DNA of 63,806 nt, counting the filler, from Octopus bimaculoides (taxonomy: Eukaryota), in NCBI RefSeq assembly GCF_001194135.2. It is 5 parts of 5 records of this genome, joined end to end, with 100 filler letters (N's around TTAATTAATTAA, not from the genome) between each part and the next. Parts side by side here need not be neighbours in the genome. Positions count along the whole stretch, not along the records: positions 26,825 to 42,416 come from NC_068996.1; positions 42,517 to 62,334 come from NC_069000.1; 3 more parts are not named here. One strand, given 5' to 3'. The position numbers were made by a program, and so were the translations under genes. This document shows, piece by piece, positions 38,670 through 50,527 of the stretch; within the stretch, counting starts at the first letter, position 1, and the number at the start of each line of letters is the position of its first letter. The notes under the pieces were generated by a model. That model made no database searches and was not told the origin of the DNA. It saw nothing but the letters and a program-made list of their open reading frames with translations.

Positions 38670-39070
38670 GATCAGCCATTTCAGGGAAAAAGGGCTAGTT
38701 CATGACATCGACCTCAGTGCTCAACTGGTGCTTCTTTTATCAATTCCGAAAGGATGAAACGCAAATTCGCCCCGGTGACATTTGAACTCAACATAAAGTC
38801 GGAAGAAATGCTGTTGAGCATTTTGTCTGGTGCCTTAACGATCCTGCCACCTCGCCGGCTTATAACACAGTAGTATTGGTTACAAATTTAGGAACAAGTT
38901 CGTGGGAGGGGCTAAGTCAATTTCTTCGACACCAGTCCTCAAGTGGTACTTATTTTATCCACTTCTGGAATGAAAAGGCAATGTCGAGCTTGGCGGAATT
39001 TGAACTCAGAAAGTAAAGAACGGCGAAAGCTTAGTAGTATTACGTCCGATTCCGCCAGCTTGCTGCCATC
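38670..39070 (-). mobile_element. Two tandem degenerate SINE family B copies
   Basis: Each contains GGTACTT/GGTGCTT...TTTGAACTCA...GCC motifs of family B. Confidence 0.72.
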
Positions 39071-39727
39071 TATAAGAAAGTAATATTAAAGATAGATTAG
39101 CTGATTTTATTTCATAGTTACGATTACTGACTTCTTGATGTAAACTTACTCTCGTAAATAAAATATAACATCATTGAAAAGAGAGAAAAAAAAAAGCGAT
39201 GTGTACAATAGCGCTATTTCCAAAGATGATCTGTTCTTAGACAGCACCATCAGTATATTCCTAGGTGGACATTACAAGAGACAATCGCTTCAGAAAAAAT
39301 TGAATTGCATATGAAATATTGTATTTCATAGTTATTTATACACTTTCAACGAAGTTATAGCTTTTTAAAAAAAATTATATTGCTATTTCCATGGTTACTA
39401 TTAATTAATTTTTAAGTTCTTCAATTTATCTTCTCTTTATAAATCGTTAACAATTAGCACAAGCCATTTTTCTATCGTTTCTTTAAAGAAAATGATTTCT
39501 ATCCAACTTGTGTGTGTGTGTGTGTGTGTGTGTGCGCGAGCGCGTGCGTAACCTCACGCGCGCGCGACTGATATACAAAAAGTCATCTAATTCTACTGTA
39601 CGCTGTAGCCTTCCTGAAAATCTATCGGATCAGAGTTAGCTTAGGACTAAACAACACCAACCACAACAACTACAACAACAACACTACTTACAACAACGAC
39701 ACTACCACCACCACCACCACCACCACC

Positions 39728-39759
<32 letters not shown>

Positions 39760-40334
39760 CAACAACAAAATGAGCCTGCTAGGGAACCTACCCTTGCTAG
39801 AATTATCACAGACACTCTACTATTTATAAAACAAGAACTGGATAATATAATCAAATGTACACTAGAATGACACCTTCCCCAAACAAAAGTAAGGAATGCT
39901 TTGATTACAGCTCCATTAGGCCAGTATTGCTAGTATTCTTTAATACACAACAACATTAACAATTATACTCACAAGCAAGATTCGTTATAGAATATTATTC
40001 TGCTTGAAATTGTATTAAAATTTGCTCGTTAGTTGACGTGTCCTTTTATACTAAGTTCGAATAGATTCACTGTCCTCTTACCCACACCAGAACATTTGGC
40101 TTTTAAGAAACGACATCCTTAATATATATATCGGTGTCACTTTAATGACGCTGCACGAATGTAAAACAAAGTCGATGACGGATTGTTTGGGGATAAAGTC
40201 AAAGATTTTGGAGGAATGATTATTGTAGATTAAAGCCACTCACTCCTCTAACAATTCCTTCCCATTCTATGTCAGTGCAGAACTCGATGAAAGCCATAAT
40301 ATACATTTGCTGGCTTATGTCTGCTGGTTGTGTG

Positions 40335-40645
40335 AAGGCACGTAACTTACTAGCTAGGGATATGCAGTTCATGGTCGAAATATCGTGAGTTTGAATCCAG
40401 ACAGCGCGTTGTGTCCTTTTTATTTCGTGTTGCTCCAGTCCACTCAGCTGGCAAAAATCAGAAGTACTTGTATTTCAAAGGGCCAACCTTGTCACATTCT
40501 GTGTCATGCTGAATCTCCATGAGAACTAGGTTAAGGGTACGCGTGACTGTGAAATGCTCAGCCACTTGTACATTCTACAAACAGGCTGTTCTGTTGATCG
40601 GATCAAGTAGAACCTTCATCGACGTTACCGACGGAGTGCCAGTTT
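40335..40645 (+). mobile_element. tRNA-derived SINE, third family
   Basis: GTGAGTTTGAATCC B-box-like motif followed by GCGCGTTGTGTCC...TTGCTCCAGTCCACTCAGCTGG; a similar degenerate head occurs near 7230. Confidence 0.55.
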
Positions 40646-40949
40646 ATACCGGTTATAGACCCTCATGTGAATGGAGTTTGAACACAGAACTCAAAGAGTC
40701 GGAATAAAGAGTTAACAATTCTGTTACTGAAGTGCAACTTTGCTTATCGACCACGAAACGATAACATTGACCTTGATCTGATTTGAATCCAGAGAGAAAA
40801 CACTTACAACGAATATTACAAAGCAACTCACCTGATGGTCTAACCATTCCAATAATGTATTGCCTTGAAAATATATGATTTAAGATGTTACGCAAATACA
40901 AATACAGAGCTAACACAGAATGATTTTTATATAGATTAAGCAGCATTAC

Positions 40950-41165
40950 ATAGGCGTAGTCGTGTTGTGTGATAAGAAGCTTGCTTCCAAACCTCATGGT
41001 TTCGGGTTTCCTCCAAACCTCATGGTTTCGGGTTTCCTCCAAACCTCATGGTTTCGGGTTTCCTCCAAACTGCATGGCAACTTTAGCAAGTGTTTTCTAC
41101 TGTAACTTCAGGCCTATCAAAGTTTTTTGAGCGAATTCAGTAGACGGAAACAGGAAGAAACCTGC
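40950..41165 (+). mobile_element. SINE family A 5' half with a 26-bp internal triplication
   Basis: AAGCTTGCTTCC head, (CCAAACCTCATGGTTTCGGGTTTCCT)x3 at 40987-41064, then GCAAGTGTTTTCTACT...GACGGAAAC. Confidence 0.8.
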
Positions 41166-41300
41166 TGTATATATATATAAATAATAATAATAATAATAAT
41201 ATTATTAGAGATAAAATCCAAATTTACAGGTAAAAACTCAATTAAATTCAATTTATTAAAAATTAAAATTAAATTAAGTTTCACAGTATAATATATATAT

Positions 41301-41480
41301 ATATAATTTTAGGGAAAAGAACCAAAGTTCATGAACTCATCGATGAAAATCCACTGTCACATATAGAAAAATTAATAAGTAAAAGCACAGTAAATAAGTA
41401 TAACATTAATTTTTCTATATGTGACAGTAGATTTTCATCGATGAGCTCATGAACCTTGGTTCTTTCACCTAAAACTATAT
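41301..41480. repeat. 76-bp inverted repeat with a 28-nt spacer
   Basis: 41301-41376 versus the reverse complement of 41405-41480, about 6 mismatches by eye. Confidence 0.9.
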
Positions 41481-41860
41481 ATATAAATATATATATATAA
41501 AAATAGCGGTACCACAAGGGACCGATGTTTGCTGGAAATAGTCGATAACAGTACGATGCTATGTAAGGCTTCACTGAATGTATACTGGCAAAGATGTGCG
41601 AGGGCAACGAATATAAAAAAAAAATTGTTTTACCTCTCGGAATAACAACGGATAGATGGACAACCTAGAGAGGATAATCTAGTACTCGAGTTTCAGACTT
41701 TCCTTATACGCCTGTTATCGTAAATTCTATTAGCTTTCATCAGCTAGATTCACCTAGTTACATCAATGCTAGTATATTCGGTTGAACGACTAGCCATAAA
41801 CAGAACCGAGATGAATGAAATAGTTTAATATAAAAATTATAAATATTTTTGCAATACAAT

Positions 41861-41894
<34 letters not shown>

Positions 41895-41895
41895 T

Positions 41896-41931
<36 letters not shown>

Positions 41932-42016
41932 CTTACTTGGAAATGGATGCGTGGCGTTCAAACAATAATATAAATAATATATAAATATATATGCACATAT
42001 ATATACATATATGTAC

Positions 42017-42047
<31 letters not shown>

Positions 42048-42052
42048 TGTAT

Positions 42053-42093
<41 letters not shown>

Positions 42094-42343
42094 ATTATTA
42101 GAAATTAAAAGGGTAAATATTTATCAATTTATTAATTTATTAATAAATCAACAATTAATAATTTTTACCAAGCCCTTCGGTATGTGAGTACCATTATCGG
42201 TGGAGAACTTATTTAAAGTTCCCATACATTTATAAACATAATTAAGGGATCAGCAAGCATTTGCTTCACCATATACCGAAGTTCAGAAATAGCAAAGGCA
42301 AAAACAAGAAGAAAAAACAATGAAAACTAACCATTTAAAGTTA

Positions 42344-42402
42344 ATCATAGACGCGTTTCTGGATTGTGAATGATAAAATTCAATTTCCCTCATCGGTATG
42401 AT
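42344..42402 (-). ncRNA. Minimal type I hammerhead motif of PLE type
   Basis: AUCAUA-CCGAUGA-(30 nt imperfect stem II)-GAAA-CGCG-UC-UAUGAU; perfect 6-bp stem I and palindromic ACGCGU. Confidence 0.7.
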
Positions 42403-42574
42403 ATTCCAGTAGTACANNNNNNNNNNNNNNNNNNNNNNNNNNNNNNNNNNNNNNNNNNNNTTAATTAATTAANNNNNNNNNNNNNNNNNNNNNNNNNNNN
42501 NNNNNNNNNNNNNNNNGCACAATAAGGAAGTTAAAAGTGCCATTGGGAAACTGTTTCATATATAGGCACAGGAA

Positions 42575-42786
42575 GGCGACGGGCTGGCAGAACCGTTAGC
42601 ACGCCGGGCGAAATGCTTAGCGGTATTTCGTCTGTCTTTACGTTCTGAGTTCAAATTCCACCGAGGTCGACTTTGCCTTTCATCCTTTCGGAGTCGATAA
42701 ATTAAGTACCAGTTGAACACTGGGGTTGATCTAATCGACTGGCCCCCTCCCCAAAATTTCGGCCTTTTGCCTAGAGTAGAAGAGAA
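42575..42786 (+). mobile_element. SINE family B with a 16-bp target-site duplication
   Basis: ATATATAGGCACAGGA at 42558-42573 and 42786-42801. Confidence 0.88.
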
Positions 42787-42792
42787 TATATA

Positions 42793-43044
42793 GGCACAGG
42801 AGTGGCTGTGTGGTAAGAAGCTTGCTTCCCAATCACATGGTCTCAGGTTCAGTCCCAATGCGCGGCACCTTGGGCAGACCAAAGCCTTCTGAGTGGATTT
42901 GGTATACGGAAACTGAAAGAAGCCTGTCGTAAGTATATATACATACTTATATGTGTGTGTGTTCGTAACTGTGTCTGTCCCTCATCACTGCCTTGCGACC
43001 GGTGTTGGTATGTTTACGTACCCGTAGCCTAGCGGTTCGGCAAA

Positions 43045-43045
<1 letters not shown>
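42793..43045 (+). mobile_element. SINE family A, 3'-truncated
   Basis: GGCACAGGAGTGGCTGTGTGGTAAG head, colinear with 24890. Confidence 0.85.
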
Positions 43046-43079
<34 letters not shown>

Positions 43080-43390
43080 ACCAAGAAGTCGTCTTGCTTG
43101 CTTCATCTTGCTCTCTGCACTTCACAATGCATCGCTGCAGTCGCTTTCTCTTCGTTGAACCATGAAGGTTTCTTACGCCGAGACCGCGCGATCCAGGCCT
43201 CGCATGCATAGATAGGCAGGCACTGCCACACCAAGATTAACATACCCCTTAGCTACCCCAACCTGCTTTAGCCCGCCAGTCGAGGCTGTTTACTCGGGTG
43301 TGGCCGGTGTTGCATACAAACAGCGACTTGGAGACATAAGTGAGAGTCGGGTGTCAGGTGGAGACTAAAGCAGATCTAACACCCGTAACG
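43080..43390 (-). mobile_element. GC-rich segment resembling the 5' leader of an RTE-type retrotransposon
   Basis: CCTCGACTGGCGGGCTAAAGCAGGTTGGGGTAGC motif recalled from RTE-type leaders; no RT adjacent. Recognition only. Confidence 0.4.
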
Positions 43391-43395
43391 TATTG

Positions 43396-43750
43396 TCCTG
43401 TCAAAGGTGCAACATGCTCCTCTGTCAAACGTGCGATGTGTTCCCCGTCGAAAGTGCGACGTGTTATCCCGTCAAAATTGCGCCGTGGTCCCCCGGAAAA
43501 GGTGCGACATATTCCCCCGTCAAAGGTGCGACATGTTCCCCGTCAAAGACACGACCTGTTCCCCGTTAAACGTGCAATGTGTTCCCCGTCTAAAGTGCGA
43601 CGTGTTATCCCGTCAAAGATGCGACGTATTCCCCCTCCAAGGTGCAACGTGTTCGTCCATCAAAGATATGACGTGTTTCCCGTGAAAAGTGTGATGTGTT
43701 TCCCCCGTCAAAGGTAAGACGTGTTGCCCCATCAAAGATACGATGTGTTC
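43396..43750. repeat. 23-25 bp minisatellite, 15 units (consensus CCCGTCAAAGGTGCGACGTGTTC)
   Basis: Units counted by eye; no spacers between them. Confidence 0.9.
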
Positions 43751-44081
43751 TCCCCACCCCAGACTCCTCATACACCATACAAACTAGATATAATAAATCA
43801 CCGAACGCGGTTTTCTTTTTGGGGAAATAAAAAGCGTAGCTGTCGTCGCTACAGTAATAACAGCAATGCCTTAAACAAGTTCAAATCTTCGTCATATAGA
43901 CTAGAAGGTGAAAGGGAAAGAGAAAGAGAGAGAGAGAGAGACAATGTACAGCGAGGCGATCGCAATTTATTTTCCCGCCAATGGAAGGAAGTATAAATGC
44001 ATTTCAGATAATTCATGACTGACCGACTTGTATGTGTGTGGGTGAGCATGTGCCTATACATAATATATGTATATATAAAAA

Positions 44082-44126
<45 letters not shown>

Positions 44127-45124
44127 NNNNNNNNNNNNNNNNNNNNNNNNNNNNNNNNNNNNNNNNNNNNNNNNNNNNNNNNNNNNNNNNNNNNNNNNNN
44201 NNNNNNNNNNNNNNNNNNNNNNNNNNNNNNNNNNNNNNNNNNNNNNNNNNNNNNNNNNNNNNNNNNNNNNNNNNNNNNNNNNNNNNNNNNNNNNNNNNNN
44301 NNNNNNNNNNNNNNNNNNNNNNNNNNNNNNNNNNNNNNNNNNNNNNNNNNNNNNNNNNNNNNNNNNNNNNNNNNNNNNNNNNNNNNNNNNNNNNNNNNNN
44401 NNNNNNNNNNNNNNNNNNNNNNNNNNNNNNNNNNNNNNNNNNNNNNNNNNNNNNNNNNNNNNNNNNNNNNNNNNNNNNNNNNNNNNNNNNNNNNNNNNNN
44501 NNNNNNNNNNNNNNNNNNNNNNNNNNNNNNNNNNNNNNNNNNNNNNNNNNNNNNNNNNNNNNNNNNNNNNNNNNNNNNNNNNNNNNNNNNNNNNNNNNNN
44601 NNNNNNNNNNNNNNNNNNNNNNNNNNNNNNNNNNNNNNNNNNNNNNNNNNNNNNNNNNNNNNNNNNNNNNNNNNNNNNNNNNNNNNNNNNNNNNNNNNNN
44701 NNNNNNNNNNNNNNNNNNNNNNNNNNNNNNNNNNNNNNNNNNNNNNNNNNNNNNNNNNNNNNNNNNNNNNNNNNNNNNNNNNNNNNNNNNNNNNNNNNNN
44801 NNNNNNNNNNNNNNNNNNNNNNNNNNNNNNNNNNNNNNNNNNNNNNNNNNNNNNNNNNNNNNNNNNNNNNNNNNNNNNNNNNNNNNNNNNNNNNNNNNNN
44901 NNNNNNNNNNNNNNNNNNNNNNNNNNNNNNNNNNNNNNNNNNNNNNNNNNNNNNNNNNNNNNNNNNNNNNNNNNNNNNNNNNNNNNNNNNNNNNNNNNNN
45001 NNNNNNNNNNNNNNNNNNNNNNNNNNNNNNNNNNNNNNNNNNNNNNNNNNNNNNNNNNNNNNNNNNNNNNNNNNNNNNNNNNNNNNNNNNNNNNNNNNNN
45101 NNNNNNNNNNNNNNNNNNNNNNNN

Positions 45125-45163
<39 letters not shown>

Positions 45164-45304
45164 ATATATACCGGAGTAAGCACATTAATGTGAAACAAGG
45201 TGGAAAAAGGAGTACTCAAATACCAGACGTAGTGTAATATGCTTTATTGAAACTCTGACTAACAATATTTGTGATATTTCTGCTGCTTTTCAATAAAGTA
45301 TATT

Positions 45305-45449
45305 GACGGGCATCTGCCAGTTTCCGTCCACCAAATCCTCTCAAAAGCCTTTGGTCGGCCTGAAGCTATGGTAAAAAAAACACTTGCCCAAGGTGCCACG
45401 CAATGGGACTGAATCTGGAACCATGTGGTTGGGAAGCAAGCTTCTTACC
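45305..45449 (-). mobile_element. SINE family A 5' half (further copies at 49539-49683 and 51981-52420 on -)
   Basis: CACTTGCCCAAGGTGCCACGCAATGGGACTGAA...CTTCTTACC motif. Confidence 0.82.
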
Positions 45450-45466
45450 TCGCTTGTAGACATATA

Positions 45467-46246
45467 CGTGGTCTGATCAATAAGTATCCGGACTATTGCT
45501 GTTTATAGCAGTGCTTGGAAGGAACATGTGTAACGCGTAATCGTGGCATTGACCATGACGGAGAAATTTGAGCAGAGAATCTACAGGAAATTTTGCCAAA
45601 AGCTTGTCGATACCTGCTCAGAGTCCTACACAAAGTTTTCAAGAGGTTTTCATCGTTCTCGACACAATCAAGGAAAACTTGTGCAACTAAAACCCGAGTG
45701 TCTTTTGGGTCAGCTGAAAGCAGTTTTGGCACAAACTTGGCAGACACGCGTCTCATACTCAAATCTTCAGTGATAATGGACTGAACCGAACCTTAACTAA
45801 TCTGCAGATCCTCTGATAACACACAGATGGTGATTCGACGAATTCCCCTCAGCTGCAGCACATCTGCGATGCTTTTCTCAGTTCTGCTGCTTGCGGCTTT
45901 CCCAGAACGTTTGTCACTATCGACATTTTGTCGGCCATATTGGAAACGTCTGAACCACTCGTACACTTGGGTGTGCCTCATACACTCGCCTCCATACACT
46001 TTCTGTAACTTTGTCTCTGAGCAGGTATCGCCACGACAACTTTCTCTGTCATGGTCAATGCAGCGATCACACGCTACACACCTTCCTTCCAAGCACTGCT
46101 GTAAACAGTAGAAGTGAGATAGAACGTTAAAACTTAGTGTGCATGCACAGTAGAGTTTTAGGTCAATTTGTACCAAGCGGCTTTACTCTACGTGCTTTAG
46201 CTTCGTTACTATGGCAACATTCCGTATACTTATTGATAAGACTTCG
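45467..46246. mobile_element. Rearranged mariner element: two 5' ends in inverted orientation, transposase N-terminus only
   Basis: TA-flanked TIRs (22/26 match); the - strand encodes TQVYEWFRRF...RRVSAKFVPKLL...ENDENLLKTL; the + arm repeats MTEKFEQRIYRKFCQKL. Confidence 0.88.
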
Positions 46247-46282
46247 TATATATATATATTATATATATATAATGTATATATG

Positions 46283-46313
<31 letters not shown>

Positions 46314-46781
46314 ATATTTGTATATATATATATATATATATGTACACATGACGTATGCATACATCATACGCCATATACACAGTCATCCGGTGAAGGAGCT
46401 ACTAGGTGGTCATTTATTATGCTAGCAATAGCAGCTATATTTCCTTCAGTCACAACCTTACAGTGTCGTGTTGATAAACATTTTATTGTTCTTTTATTGT
46501 TTGTTTTTTTCTTTACTGTGCGAGAGTTTTATTTTAAGGATATACTTTAATGGTGCCTGTTGCCTACCGCGAGTATTTAGTCACGGTACGTACTTGAGGC
46601 ATGCTATATATTGTGCGCATATTACAAGTATATGTGTGTGCGTACGTGCGTGACTGTGTCTCTGTGTGTGCCTGCATGTGTGTGTGTGTGTTTGTGTGTG
46701 TGTATGTGTGTGTGTGTGCGTGTGTAATGAATGGTTGCAATACAGCTTTACATATGCTGAGTCACTCAAAAAATTCACTTG

Positions 46782-46825
<44 letters not shown>

Positions 46826-46899
46826 ATGTGTGTATGTATGTATGTATGTATGTATGTATGCATATACGTATATATATATATGTGTGTATATGTGTGTGT

Positions 46900-46946
<47 letters not shown>

Positions 46947-47596
46947 NNNNNNNNNNNNNNNNNNNNNNNNNNNNNNNNNNNNNNNNNNNNNNNNNNNNNN
47001 NNNNNNNNNNNNNNNNNNNNNNNNNNNNNNNNNNNNNNNNNNNNNNNNNNNNNNNNNNNNNNNNNNNNNNNNNNNNNNNNNNNNNNNNNNNNNNNNNNNN
47101 NNNNNNNNNNNNNNNNNNNNNNNNNNNNNNNNNNNNNNNNNNNNNNNNNNNNNNNNNNNNNNNNNNNNNNNNNNNNNNNNNNNNNNNNNNNNNNNNNNNN
47201 NNNNNNNNNNNNNNNNNNNNNNNNNNNNNNNNNNNNNNNNNNNNNNNNNNNNNNNNNNNNNNNNNNNNNNNNNNNNNNNNNNNNNNNNNNNNNNNNNNNN
47301 NNNNNNNNNNNNNNNNNNNNNNNNNNNNNNNNNNNNNNNNNNNNNNNNNNNNNNNNNNNNNNNNNNNNNNNNNNNNNNNNNNNNNNNNNNNNNNNNNNNN
47401 NNNNNNNNNNNNNNNNNNNNNNNNNNNNNNNNNNNNNNNNNNNNNNNNNNNNNNNNNNNNNNNNNNNNNNNNNNNNNNNNNNNNNNNNNNNNNNNNNNNN
47501 NNNNNNNNNNNNNNNNNNNNNNNNNNNNNNNNNNNNNNNNNNNNNNNNNNNNNNNNNNNNNNNNNNNNNNNNNNNNNNNNNNNNNNNNNNNNNNNN

Positions 47597-47651
<55 letters not shown>

Positions 47652-50462
47652 TCATATATATATAGATACGCATATACTTACATACACAGATATATACACA
47701 TACACACGTTCTCTATAGAGGGATATGTACACGGAGGTATATTTAAGTGCAGAGACTGGCATCCATTTATAGAATCAGGTGTATACGTAGAAACACAAGA
47801 GCGTCTGACGATGCGATTATGCACGGAACATCCTCTCTCTTTCCCTTTGTCTATCGATCTATCTATTTATCTATCTATTTATCTATCTGTTTATCTGTTT
47901 CCCATAGATATGGGGTTAAAAAAATGGTAGCAACGTAGTTCCGTATACAAGATGCTGAAGGGACAATAAACATTACTTTTCGGTATTGTTACTTCTTACA
48001 TATCTTTTGACAATATGCTAATAATAATAATAATAATATATACTACATATGTTGGAAATTTTGCCTGTGGATGTGTTTGTGGAGTTGTTAGCTAATTCTT
48101 CCTACATTGTTTTATCGATGAAACATGACACATGAATAGGACTCATGTCTGGAAACCTCATGGCATACTCAGATTGTTGAAAAACATCGATAATAGGGCC
48201 CCTGGATGGGATCCTTATACATATACATATAATACATTTCATTTTAATAGTCAAGAAAAATAACCCAGATTTTAACAGCCAAGGTAAATAACCAATTCAT
48301 TTGATATAAGTCAAATTGAGTATCCTTATTTCTTAGTATTTGAACTGTAAGAGTTATTTTCGCAATTTACCCAGTACAACCCTTAAACAAGTAAATAGTA
48401 TTTTCCTAAACAATAGATCCACTTATTTCGGTTAGTGACTTATTCACGAATACACCAACACTAGCGCCGCTGTGGGTAATATTCTCTGGGAACGCACAAA
48501 TGCCCTTTTCAGAGTTATTTACTTTGAATTGTTATTATCTCATATCTGATTAGCCTCTTATTACGCAACATGCTTCACGATTTTAGTATATATACATTAT
48601 TAGTTTTTCCTCCTATGTTCTATATACTCTGGGAACGCATTAAAGCCCTTTTCGGGGCTACTTTATTTGAATTCTTACTATCGGGTAACTAATTTCATGT
48701 TATTACATAACTGACTTCACAATTTGGGTATTCATAACTTTTGGGGAATTCCTAAAACCAAGATCCTGTGTAGAACAGTTTGGTATTCTCTGCAAATGCA
48801 CAAAAACCGTTTTAAGGGCTACATACTTTGTATTGTTGTTACTGGATTAGCGAAACAATTATGGGAACCGAACCAAGGGATAAGCCCCGCTTTCCCGGGA
48901 ATTACCAGGTACGTCAGCTAGCATGTATATATATATATATATATNNNNNNNNNNNNNNNNNNNNNNNNNNNNNNNNNNNNNNNNNNNNNNNNNNNNNNNN
49001 NNNNNNNNNNNNNNNNNNNNNNNNNNNNNNNNNNNNNNNNNNNNNNNNNNNNNNNNNNNNNNNNNNNNNNNNNNNNNNNNNNNNNNNNNNNNNNNNNNNN
49101 NNNNNNNNNNNNNNNNNNNNNNNNNNNNNNNNNNNNNNNNNNNNNNNNNNNNNNNNNNNNNNNNNNNNNNNNNNNNNNNNNNNNNNNNNNNNNNNNNNNN
49201 NNNNNNNNNNNNNNNNNNNNNNNNNNNNNNNNNNNNNNNNNNNNNNNNNNNNNNNNNNNNNNNNNNNNNNNNNNNNNNNNNNNNNNNNNNNNNNNNNNNN
49301 NNNNNNNNNNNNNNNNNNNNNNNNNNNNNNNNNNNNNNNNNNNNNNNNNNNNNNNNNNNNNNNNNNNNNNNNNNNNNNNNNNNNNNNNNNNNNNNNNNNN
49401 NNNNNNNNNNNNNNNNNNNNNNNNNNNNNNNNNNNNNNNNNNNNNNNNNNNNNNNNNNNNNNNNNNNNNNNNNNNNNNNNNNNNNNNNNNNNNNNNNNNN
49501 NNNNNNNNNNNNNTATATATATATATATATATTTAAAGGACAGGCTTTTTTCAGTTTCCGTCTACCATATCCTTTCTTCAAGGTGAGGCTATAGTAGAAG
49601 ACACTTGCCCAAGGTGCCATGCAATGGGATTGAACCATGTAGTTGGAAAGCAAGTTTCTAAGAACACAGTCACTCCTGCGCCTATGCATATGTATATGTA
49701 CATTAATATTTATATAAACGAGTTTGATAACTGTGAGCGCACGAAACCTTTGGCCCTTGAGTCACTCTGTTCCATATGCTAAATATTAATATCTATAAAG
49801 ATAAATGCGCAAGCAAATGTCAGTGTGTCAGTGTTACACTTTTCCAACTTTACTCCTCCCATCCCTTCTTTCACTATTCAATAACACTTCTACTATTCCT
49901 CAAGCTTTACCCCTCTCTCATTATTCAATGACACTTCTAACTGTATCAAGTAATATAATCATAACACGTGCTTCATAACGTTCGGAACTGAAATACGTAT
50001 TGAACTCACTCTCTCATGACTCGATATTACCTCTCACGACTCTCTACCATAAAAATGTTGAAAACTTAGTATTTTTTTTTCAGATATTCATAGAAATTGT
50101 CGGACCTATATTCATGGCGTCGGCCGTCAGAGCTATGGAAACTGAGCGCACTCCGACTGCATGAAAATAGATTCGACTAATTTTATCTTTACCTTAAAAA
50201 ATACTAAAAAAATATTAGATTTCAAACATCTTTATGGTCAAATACATTTAGAGCAATTCCAAACCATAAAAATTGCACTTTAAAATAGTGTTTGTTTGTA
50301 CGAAAAGTAATACCCTACGTAGACCAAACTGTCTTTAAATAAAGCGGCGGCAGAAGAATTATCGTTGAAGTTTATTGTTTCCTGCGGCCAGCTATATGTT
50401 GGTTGTTCAAGAGTAGGGAATGTATATATATATATATATATATATATATCTGTCTATCTGTC

Positions 50463-50527
<65 letters not shown>

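Noticed and set aside
43240-43390. Canonical HDV-like ribozyme call
   Set aside because: P3 is not directly followed by the P1 3' strand and no P2 could be assigned; kept only as a low-confidence finding.
43396-43750. CRISPR-like array
   Set aside because: Units are contiguous without unique spacers, there are no cas genes, and the context is eukaryotic.
47798-47840. CTGACGA-TGCG(ATTA)TGCA hammerhead candidate
   Set aside because: The GAAA core and stem I are not properly placed.
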